Assembly: GCA_963701095.1 (NCBI GenBank)
Contig: OY969564.1
Coordinates: 53,049 to 117,048 of the forward strand
Direction of reading: 5' to 3'
DNA: 64,000 nt
Source of the DNA: an uncultured Methanoregulaceae archaeon
Lineage (GTDB): Archaea > Halobacteriota > Methanomicrobia > Methanomicrobiales > Methanospirillaceae
The notes under the pieces were generated by a model. The model made no database searches, was not told where the DNA came from, and was given only the letters and a program-made list of their open reading frames with translations. Position numbers and translations under genes: made by a program. Shown here piece after piece: positions 51,504-59,839 of the stretch (position 1 is the first letter of the stretch; every line of letters starts with the position of its first letter).

Positions 51504-52031
51504 ATGACAAACCCGATTGCAACGCCCACAGGGCTGTACAAGGCTGGTCCGGCCGGTGTCGGCGGCGAATACCAGACACTCGACTTGATCAACCAGCGGA
51601 TCTTCATGCTGAACCAGGAACGCATCGTATATGGTCTCCAGTTCGCTGCACCGGCCACCGTGCCGGTAAACAACGAGGGCATCAAGGACAGCGTAATCAT
51701 CGATATTGTTCTCGATGGCGACGATGCCCACACAATCCACGACCCGCACCAGTCGTATTCCTTCCTGTATTGCACCGACTATCCTGCACAACAGAATGGC
51801 ACATGGTTCGGCTTCTTCAGGGTACCGAATAACAATCCGTCGCTCATTGCCCCAGGCGCGCACCAGGTCACTGTCAAGGTCGCACCCCGCACGCCTCCTC
51901 TGGCTGGTACATCCTCTGCTAACCAAATCCTCCCGCCCCGGAACTTCTCCCCGGCAGCTGGTGGCGTCAGCAAGACGTTCGTCTACTTTATCGAACCGCT
52001 TGCAAACATACCCTCGCAGACATCTGTGTGA
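51504..52031 (+). CDS. viral hypothetical (beta-rich) protein, first late gene
   Basis: GC-rich codon usage resumes; GGAG before MTNPIA. Confidence 0.65.
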   Translation: MTNPIATPTGLYKAGPAGVGGEYQTLDLINQRIFMLNQERIVYGLQFAAPATVPVNNEGIKDSVIIDIVLDGDDAHTIHDPHQSYSFLYCTDYPAQQNGTWFGFFRVPNNNPSLIAPGAHQVTVKVAPRTPPLAGTSSANQILPPRNFSPAAGGVSKTFVYFIEPLANIPSQTSV

Positions 52032-52033
52032 CC

Positions 52034-52743
52034 ATGTCTGCACAAACAGATCCAAATGAGGTTCCCCAGAACGACCCGAACGCCCGGCCGGATTCACCTT
52101 CGACCCGTACGCTGCACCGTGCCAGCAGGGAAATATCATTTCCTTTATCCCGTTCAGTTACCGGGACGACCACATCTACCAGGACGGTTTCAATGTAGGA
52201 TTCCGGGCACTCTCCCCGGCCGACATCCAGCCGTGTCCCCCACTCTGGAGAGATAAGCGATACGTCTGGGCAGCAGGCCAAGACGCCGGGTTCAAAGCCG
52301 GCAGGCTCTCGGACGCCGACAAAGCCCGGATAGCAGCACAACCCCCATTGTTGCTCACGGTGGATCCCCGTACCGGGTATAGTATCGATCCGTGGAGCGG
52401 TCCGGAATATCTCCTCGATGTGCACGATCCCCGTATTCCCTACCACACCAAGCGGCAACAGATGGTCTCATTGCTCGCAGCCCAGGAAGGTGCCGCCGCA
52501 AAGGATCGGGAATCCATCCCGGTTTGCCCTCCGATGTTTAGCGATGTGGAGCATTACTGGGACTCGGACTCGATTGCCGGGTATGAGGCAACTCATAGTA
52601 CCACGCTCCTCCGGATCAAGGGATTCGTAATCAATGAGTTCCTGACCAAAGCCGGGACTGCCGACTGGACGAGTATCGCGCTCAAGATCGTCTTCGGGCC
52701 GGTATTACTGTACGGTGGCTCCACGCTCTTGCACTTGCTCTAG
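52034..52743 (+). CDS. viral membrane-anchored hypothetical protein, frameshift ~52083
   Basis: Adding one C joins MSAQTDPNEVPQNDPNA to an open frame that runs into ORF 52348-52743; C-terminal hydrophobic helix. Confidence 0.55.
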
Positions 52744-52853
52744 TATCACCTCATAATCACCTCCGGCCTGTGTTTGCCTGCCGTCTGGATCTTGTTCCCC
52801 GGCACGGCGCAAAGCCCTCACGGGTGCGGTTCACTCCGCCCGGGCCCATTGAC

Positions 52854-53003
52854 ATGAAAAAGATAACAGAAAGCGACTGGCAGCGTTCCATCCAGCCCCA
52901 GTGCATAGATGCCCGGCCCGTCCGAGGTGGAACAAACTGCACTCACCCGGACGGAACCGGATATTGCTATTTCAAAAATTGCCCGAAGGTCGCATCCCCG
53001 TGA
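52854..53003 (+). CDS. small Cys-rich viral protein
   Basis: C..C.H..C....CP. Confidence 0.5.
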   Translation: MKKITESDWQRSIQPQCIDARPVRGGTNCTHPDGTGYCYFKNCPKVASP

Positions 53004-53010
53004 GGTACGC

Positions 53011-53547
53011 ATGGAATTCAAGAAAGTCTTCATCAGCGAATTAAAACCTGCGAAATACAATCCCAGGAAAGACCTTCAGCCAAACGACCCGGAATATCAG
53101 CAGATAAAGCGGTCTATCGAAGAGTTCGGGTATGTGGATCCGGTGATTATCAACAGCGACAATACGGTTATCGGTGGCCACCAGCGGCTCAAGGTGCTCA
53201 AAGAACTTGGCAACGCCCAGATCGATGTCGTCCAGATTGATATTCCCAAAAACAAGGAGAAAGCGCTCAACGTCACCCTCAACAAGATTAGCGGCGAGTG
53301 GGATATGGACAAGCTCACGTCTCTTCTTGGCGAACTGAAAACGGAAGGGTTGCTGGATATTACCGGCTTCGATGAAAAAGAGTTCGCGGCATTAAAGGCG
53401 AACCTGGAAAAAGTCGATGAACCAAAAGAGGTTCCGTTGAAATCCGCGTTTGAAGTCATCATCGAATGTCCCAACGAAAGCGAGCAGGAACGAACCTACA
53501 ATGAGCTCACGGAGGCCGGGTACAAGTGCCGCGTTTTGACATTGTAA
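53011..53547 (+). CDS. ParB/Sulfiredoxin N-terminal domain protein
   Basis: LKPAKYNPR, SIEEFGYVDPVI, IGGHQR, LNKISGEWD; SD GAGG. Confidence 0.9.
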   Translation: MEFKKVFISELKPAKYNPRKDLQPNDPEYQQIKRSIEEFGYVDPVIINSDNTVIGGHQRLKVLKELGNAQIDVVQIDIPKNKEKALNVTLNKISGEWDMDKLTSLLGELKTEGLLDITGFDEKEFAALKANLEKVDEPKEVPLKSAFEVIIECPNESEQERTYNELTEAGYKCRVLTL

Positions 53548-54603
53548 AGACCACAAAGGCCGATGAAACGTTCAAGGTAGAACAAGTCAAGGGAGCCTTT
53601 GACCTGCAAACCTCCACCATCCAGGAACATTTTACCGGAGATATTGCCATTGAAGGCAAAGACTGGAACATCGGCCTGATCGTTGGGCGGAGCGGGACTG
53701 GTAAAACCACTATTGCCCGGGAAGTTTTCGCTAATGGATATATTGAGCCACATCAATACGGAACGGCTGCCATTGTAAATGAGATGCCCAACGGCTTGAA
53801 CTACGCTGATATCACCAAAATGTTCACTGCCGTGGGTTTTTCATCGCCTCCTTCGTGGCTGAAACCGTATGCCGTACTGAGTAATGGCGAGAAAATGAGG
53901 GTCGACCTTGCCCGGGCCCTGCTTGAAGACCGGGACGTGATTGTCTTTGACGAATACACTTCGGTAGTAGACCGGGACGTTGCCAAAGTGTGTTCTTTGG
54001 CGTTGAACAAAGCAATCAGAAACCAAGGTAAGAAGTTCATCGCCGTATCCTGTCATGATGACATTATCGAATGGCTGCAACCTGATTGGGTGTACGATAC
54101 CAATCAGCAGACGTTTTCCTTTCGGTCCGGGAAACGTCCTGAAATCACGGTTGACGTCTTCGACACCCACAGAAACGCAGACCTTTGGCCGTTATTTGGG
54201 AAGTATCATTATCTGAATACTGAAGTCAAGAGAGGCACCGACATTTTTGTGGGCTGCATTAACAACGCCCCGGTAGCCTTCTGCGCTGTGAGGCACTTTC
54301 CCCACCCGAAAAATCCCCGGTTAAAGATGATTCACCGGTTGGTGGTCCTCCCAGATTATCAGGGCATAGGTATAGGAACACGGTTCCTGGGATTCGTGGC
54401 TGACCTGTATACAAAGAGGGGATTTGCTGTACACCTGGTCACCTCGCAGGTATCGCTTATCAACTCCCTCACAAAACACGGCTGGCGCATGGTCTATTAC
54501 GGCCACCAGACAAAGCAGGTTGGCGGGCTGGAATGCCTTAAAGAAGCTGACTAGTACCCGCAGGATTACCGCTTCGTTCGCATATTCCGGGAGGTCGGTG
54601 TGA
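53526..54603 (+). CDS. ABC-type ATPase fused to GNAT acyltransferase (Mom-like), frameshift near C-terminus
   Basis: GRSGTGKT, LSNGE, VFDEY, SCH; then KYHYL, RLVVLPDYQGIGIG. The +1 frame supplies RITASFAY and ends in a GTGA overlap with TerS. Confidence 0.85.
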
Positions 54604-55055
54604 CCAAGAAGAAACCACCAGCGGCACTCAAGAAACGGGGCCGTAAAAAGATCCCGATTGATTACGAAAAAGCGGAGAAATTGGCATCCATAATGTGTAC
54701 GCAATCAGAAATCGCATCCGTTCTCGGTGTTTCCCTTTCGCAATTGGCTCACGATCCCGAATTTTTGCATATCCATAAAAAAGGCATGGAACACGGTAAG
54801 GCATCACTGCGCCGTATGCAATATGCCGCTGCGAGTGGTGGAAACCCCACCATGCAGATCTGGCTTGGAAAACAGTATCTTGAGCAACGGGATAAGATGG
54901 ACGTCGAAAACACCATAACAACCGAAGAAGTCCTCGTCCGTGAGCGAGCACTGATTGAGATAGTCAAGGAGGCTATCCGTGCAGAAGCAGACCCCGAAAC
55001 TACGCGGAAAATCGTCGCACACATCAAAACCCGCTGCAATCCCGTCAATACGTGA
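54600..55055 (+). CDS. terS: terminase small subunit (putative)
   Basis: GRKK, HTH TQSEIASVLGVS, G.ASLRR.Q, MQIWLGKQYL.Q; lies directly before TerL. Confidence 0.75.
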   Translation: MTKKKPPAALKKRGRKKIPIDYEKAEKLASIMCTQSEIASVLGVSLSQLAHDPEFLHIHKKGMEHGKASLRRMQYAAASGGNPTMQIWLGKQYLEQRDKMDVENTITTEEVLVRERALIEIVKEAIRAEADPETTRKIVAHIKTRCNPVNT

Positions 55056-56604
55056 TCAACTCAACGATCAGTTCGTCAGCGGTTTTGAACTCGCAAACCC
55101 TGTAGTGGATATCCTCACCTTTGCGGAGTCACCGGAGTATCTCGGTCGCAAATTGTTTCCATCACAGCAGGAAATCCTCGCCGATTTCTATGACCCCGCG
55201 AAACCCTACGAAGAGCTGCTGCTGATTTGCGGCCGTGATTCCACCAAGACGTTCATGGTCAGTATCATTGCCGCATATACCGCCTATCTGTGGCTGGAGA
55301 TCCCGGACCCGTATTATCTCTACCAGGGACGGGTCGACCGCGGCAAAGAAGTCCACATCATCTGCCTTGCGGTCAAGAGCGAACAGGCTACCATTCTGCT
55401 GGATGAAATCAAGGCGAAGATTAACACGAGTCCCTATTTCTCCGATAAAATCGTGTCAATGAACAATTTCGAGATTGTCCTCAACAAGAACCTCCACATC
55501 ATCGCTGCAACCTCTAACAGTGCGTCCGAGGTCGGGAAGACAGCCATTCTTGTCCTGTTCGATGAGATAGGAAAATACGGGCAGGAACAGGGTACTAGAG
55601 ACGGTGAAGAAGTCTATGACAGTCTCACTCCCTCCGTGGGCCGGTTTGCGTCTAATAGACCGGAGTTCCTGAAACGGTGTGCCGGGGATGCAGGTCTCGA
55701 GCGGATTGTCCGGTTCCTGGGCCGGGTTGTGTCGATGTCAACCCCGATGGGAAAACAGGGTATTCTCTGGCGGATTTACCAGACTGCTTTACGGATGCCC
55801 GAGGGTATCCGCATGTACCACCGGCCGACCTGGGAGATGAACCCGAATTACCCCATAGGGTGTGCGTATCTCGAAGAACAGAAGAAAAAGAATCCGGCGG
55901 CGTTTAACCGCGAATATGGCGCGGAATTCGATGAGGCAGTCGATGCCATGTTTCCCCGTGAGATTGTTGATCGCAACAGCCGGGCATCATCTCCCACGTA
56001 CGATTACCAGATGGAATATATCGGCGTCCTCGATACGAGCAAACACAAAGACGCCTTCGGGTTCGCTATCGGCCACCTGCTTGGGGGGCGGGTCGTCATC
56101 GACGTGATAAAGTATTTCTTCCCGGATAAAGGCGTACTGAACTGGAACCACGTCACAAACGAGATTATACAAATATGCCGCCGATATAGGGTCGATCACC
56201 TCCTACACGATGGGTACGAAGGGGAAGCCGTCAAACTGTATTTCAACAACTTCCTGCTGACAGAAACACCGTTTTCCGGCCAGTATAAGATGCAGATTTA
56301 CTCGTCACTTGAAGACCGGATGTACCAGAACCAGATCGAGTACCCGGCCGAATCCCGGCTGCTTGCGGAGCTCAAAGCGATCCAGAAGAAATGGAACGGC
56401 GACAAGTTCACGATCCATCACCCGGACAGCGGGCCGGTAACCACGGATGAAGGCCCCGACCTGATCGCCAATCTCTCGTATTTCCTGTTTACCCGATTTG
56501 TGAAAACCCGGGAGGGTCTCGATGACAGCCGGCCGTCCGGGTGGCCCGATGATGATAACGAGGATTGTATTGCATTTATCGCCGGCGGACAGGTGCACTG
56601 TTGA
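54979..56604 (+). CDS. terL: terminase large subunit
   Basis: Q motif, GRDSTKT, LFDE, STP.GK.G, PTWEMNP, REYGAEF, RNase H-like LDTS..D; SD GGAGG before GTG. Confidence 0.9.
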   Translation: MQKQTPKLRGKSSHTSKPAAIPSIRDQLNDQFVSGFELANPVVDILTFAESPEYLGRKLFPSQQEILADFYDPAKPYEELLLICGRDSTKTFMVSIIAAYTAYLWLEIPDPYYLYQGRVDRGKEVHIICLAVKSEQATILLDEIKAKINTSPYFSDKIVSMNNFEIVLNKNLHIIAATSNSASEVGKTAILVLFDEIGKYGQEQGTRDGEEVYDSLTPSVGRFASNRPEFLKRCAGDAGLERIVRFLGRVVSMSTPMGKQGILWRIYQTALRMPEGIRMYHRPTWEMNPNYPIGCAYLEEQKKKNPAAFNREYGAEFDEAVDAMFPREIVDRNSRASSPTYDYQMEYIGVLDTSKHKDAFGFAIGHLLGGRVVIDVIKYFFPDKGVLNWNHVTNEIIQICRRYRVDHLLHDGYEGEAVKLYFNNFLLTETPFSGQYKMQIYSSLEDRMYQNQIEYPAESRLLAELKAIQKKWNGDKFTIHHPDSGPVTTDEGPDLIANLSYFLFTRFVKTREGLDDSRPSGWPDDDNEDCIAFIAGGQVHC

Positions 56605-56621
56605 CGTTCATTTTCAAATGC

Positions 56622-56855
56622 ATGAGTAAAGAGATTGTCATCGCAGAGGCCGCTAGGGTTATGCTCGCGATTGAAAAGAACGCCAGCATGTCCCTTATCA
56701 TCGAACCATGCCCGGACCCGGATCGTGAAGGGTGGTGGCAGGTGCGGGAATGCCCGATATTTCCCATCCCCCAGTATAAATCCAAACCGCACCGGAAAAG
56801 CGAGCGAAAAGTCCGGCGGGATATGGGCAGACCGAGACTTCGCCAGACCGTTTAA
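56622..56855 (+). CDS. small viral hypothetical protein
   Basis: ATG-started ORF directly after terL. Confidence 0.45.
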   Translation: MSKEIVIAEAARVMLAIEKNASMSLIIEPCPDPDREGWWQVRECPIFPIPQYKSKPHRKSERKVRRDMGRPRLRQTV

Positions 56856-56873
56856 AAAGTGTTCATCCTACGC

Positions 56874-57104
56874 TTACGTATCCTCAAGCAGTAAAAAATA
56901 CTCTTCACGGGAAATCCCGGCAGATTTCAGATTATTCTTGATAATGAAAACAGGGACATCATCCCAGTCCGGAATGACCAGTGGTCGTTTCGCACCGGGC
57001 TTTGAAAAAACATAATGATCGCCTTCAATTCTCCTGCAGGTATAACCGGCATGCTCGAAGACCTTACGTAACTTTCTTGCCGGGATCGGGACAATCTTTG
57101 GCAT
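56874..57104 (-). CDS. hicA: HicA-family toxin
   Basis: RIEGDHYVFSKPG..LVIP..IIKNNLKSAGIS. Confidence 0.9.
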   Translation of the reverse strand: MPKIVPIPARKLRKVFEHAGYTCRRIEGDHYVFSKPGAKRPLVIPDWDDVPVFIIKNNLKSAGISREEYFLLLEDT

Positions 57105-57107
57105 TGA

Positions 57108-57392
57108 TCAGAGACTGACTTCTTCTGCCGCAATGATTTTTGGCGGTACATACCGTCCATCGTGATTTACGGTATAGTTGACCTCAGAAAGAATCTCGTC
57201 GAGCGTTCCCATTTTTTCAGATTCTTCAAGAAACAACCGGATAGCAGTCCTGAGCATCTCTTTAGCGTTCAGGACGGAATTTCCGCAGCTCGAAAGATCC
57301 AGCTCCGGGCAGTACGCAACAAACGTATCCCCTTCCTTAAACACGATCATATCGAAATTCATTTTGATCATAGTGTCACCGTTCTCATTCAA
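57108..57392 (-). CDS. hicB: HicB-family antitoxin (no DNA-binding domain)
   Basis: FVAYCPEL..SSCG.S...A..ML..AI. Confidence 0.85.
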   Translation of the reverse strand: MNENGDTMIKMNFDMIVFKEGDTFVAYCPELDLSSCGNSVLNAKEMLRTAIRLFLEESEKMGTLDEILSEVNYTVNHDGRYVPPKIIAAEEVSL

Positions 57393-57561
57393 ACCGGGAT
57401 TGATTGTCCATATCTTGGCCTTTAGTTATGATAATTCCATCCATGGTCCGCATGGATACTGCACTAGTTGATGCTATTTTTTTACTCTTCTGATGGGGGG
57501 TTATCGGTTTTCGCCAGACCGTTTCAAGTTTATAATTTTTGACGGAATAACGAAAACCAGC

Positions 57562-57930
57562 ATGCCACAACTCGAACTGGATCCTGGTTTTGTAAAACCG
57601 GTGAGTGCATCTGACATTGCAGAACCGGGATACGTACCTGGTTTCACCGTATTACCGGCAGCAAGTACCAACCTCCTCAAGAACGGCAATATTACCTGCA
57701 TCAAACCTAACGGACGCCTTGCATTTTGGTTCACTTCTACCGTTGCAGGAACACTGACGGTCACGTATACCGTCAATGGTGTGATTACCAAGAGTCTCCA
57801 GAACGGCGGAGCGTTGTTGGTCGCCGGGGTCGAGTATTCCGGTGTCATCGCAGTAGACGCGAATGAAACCGTCAATTTCCAGTACTCAGTCACCAGCGGC
57901 ACCTATCGCCTGGTTGTTCGGGAGATCTGA
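57562..57930 (+). CDS. viral beta-sandwich-like hypothetical protein
   Basis: TGATG overlap with the portal; beta-strand composition. Confidence 0.6.
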   Translation: MPQLELDPGFVKPVSASDIAEPGYVPGFTVLPAASTNLLKNGNITCIKPNGRLAFWFTSTVAGTLTVTYTVNGVITKSLQNGGALLVAGVEYSGVIAVDANETVNFQYSVTSGTYRLVVREI

Positions 57931-59704
57931 TGGTGAAGCGTCCGGCAAATGCTCCCTTTGATCCTCTGGAGGGTATCGAGCATTTCTCCGGGATCGCCAT
58001 GGGTGCAGCCTATACCATCCCCGACTTTGGTCCCAACGGCCGGGCATTGAACGGCCAGGAATACATCAACAAAGCCCTGGACTCTGATGTGTACGGCGGC
58101 CGGAAAATCACCTATTTCAACAAATACGACCGTCTCCAGCAGCTCGAACAAATTAATTCAAGACTGGGCATCGGCCTGATCAAGCTCGGCTTCAAACTCC
58201 GTGGCCCGGAATTCAAACTGTTCTGCGACCAGGCCGCCGGACTTACCAACGAACAGCAGACCTCAATTCTCCAGGACGCGAACAATTTTACGACCAATCT
58301 TGATCTCCAGAACCAGTTTGCTGCTGCAGGCCGGCTACTTGCCCGTGACGGCACTGTTCCGATCCTTAACAGTGCGGATGCCCGGTTTGGCAATGGGGAG
58401 GGTATTACAACCCTTGACTATATGCCGATGAGCCATACCACGATCCTCCCTATCGATGCAGAACCTATGACCGCATTCCAGAACGAGGAACAGCTCTGGG
58501 AATATGGCACACTCACGGGTGAAGCGTACCAGGTTATTATTAACGAACGCATCCAGGCTAAACGCGAAATCCACCTGATCCCGAATGGCCGGGTTACCCT
58601 CATGCGGCTGATGCATTTCGGTAACCAGGTCCGTGACATTTACAACCGCAACACGATCGGTCTCTACGGTATCAGCCTTGCCGAGATGATTGATCCCCGC
58701 GTCAAGCAACTCGAAGATATGATGTGGGGTTTTTCAAAAGCAATCAACCGGTATGGGTATGGCAGGCTCCAGATCGACAACGACCTCCTGAAACAACAGA
58801 TCGTTGAAGGGACGATGAACCTCAAACAGGCTACGAAGATCATGGCCACGGAACAGAAAATCATGAATACCCTGGAGCCCAACCGTGACCTCCTGACCAT
58901 TGGTAAGACGGTGAAGGCTATCCCGGCGGGTTTGAGAATGCTTCCGGTGTTATCGAGATGATCGAGGCCGTCCAGAACGATATCTCGTATGGCCTGTTCG
59001 AGACGGAAGCCGGAGGCAACCGGACTCATTCCGGTTCGAACCGGGCGTCGTCCCAAATATCTGACCAGGATGCCAACCGGGTCCTTGAAGCACTGCGGCT
59101 CCAGGTCAAGGTCGGCTTTGAGTCCATCATCAAACGGCACCTTGAACTGCTCGGATATAACGAGGTTGAAGCCCAGTCTATCCGGATTGAACTGCAGCCC
59201 ATTGATACGCCTATCGCAGATCTCCAGGTGCTTTTGAATATCGCCGCGATGGATCCGAAGGCACTCTCAATGGGACAGGCTATTGAAATGGCCGGCCTGC
59301 ACATTCCTCCACGGCAGACGGTTGATTTTGAAGAGGATCAAACGATCCAGAGCGATGATCAGAATCCTCCGGCTGTTGCAATGCCTCCAGGGAAAGGTGC
59401 GTCGATGACGATGTTCGGAGCCAAGATCGATGTACGGCCGGGTGAGTCTATCCAGGCCGCATACAAACGTAAGACAAAACAGGAACTATTCGCAGCGGTC
59501 AAAAAGTGGAAAGGAGAAAATAAGAAAATTCCTCTGCCTGCCTCAAAGACCGGTGAGTGGCGGCTGATCTTCGGCCGGTATATTAACGTGAAGGAGGGCG
59601 ATGACGAAGCGGCATGCTATCTCACGCAAACCCTCCGGAACTACGACGATGATGCCGAAGCTTGGGAGCAGGAATTACGGCGGGTAAAGGAGGGAAAGAA
59701 ATGA
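57930..59704 (+). CDS. portal protein (putative), frameshift ~58930
   Basis: Position after terL; RLLARDGT, GLYGISL, RYGYGR. Adding one T gives AGFENASGVIEMIE and joins the two ORFs. Confidence 0.7.
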
Positions 59705-59839
59705 GATTTTCCACAGCATGCATTAGCCATTATCAAATAAGAAAATATATCGTTATTAGGATGAAATGAGGGGATATGCTTCCTGAAAATCCCAAAGAAA
59801 TGTTAAAAAGAATCGATGGGGCAGTGAAAAGCGGGAGAA

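Larger units (their letters stand above)
43990..59704 (+). mobile_element. integrated archaeal tailed-virus provirus (minimum extent; may continue past 64000)
   Basis: Integrase, divergent repressors, antirepressor-like gene, DUF1064, Dam, ParB, TerS, TerL and portal in canonical order, with overlapping start/stop codons. Confidence 0.9.

Noticed and set aside
2690-58940. Split genes (ppk1, ilvB, FAD oxidoreductase, PaaI, DUF2148, HEAT, 52034 gene, ABC-GNAT, portal) as pseudogenes or programmed frameshifts
   Set aside because: Each can be repaired by a single-base indel at or next to a short homopolymer, including in core genes such as ilvB, with no other decay. This is typical of long-read error. 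Four abut CCGG, which could reflect methylation-linked miscalls, but CCGG is too common here to conclude that.
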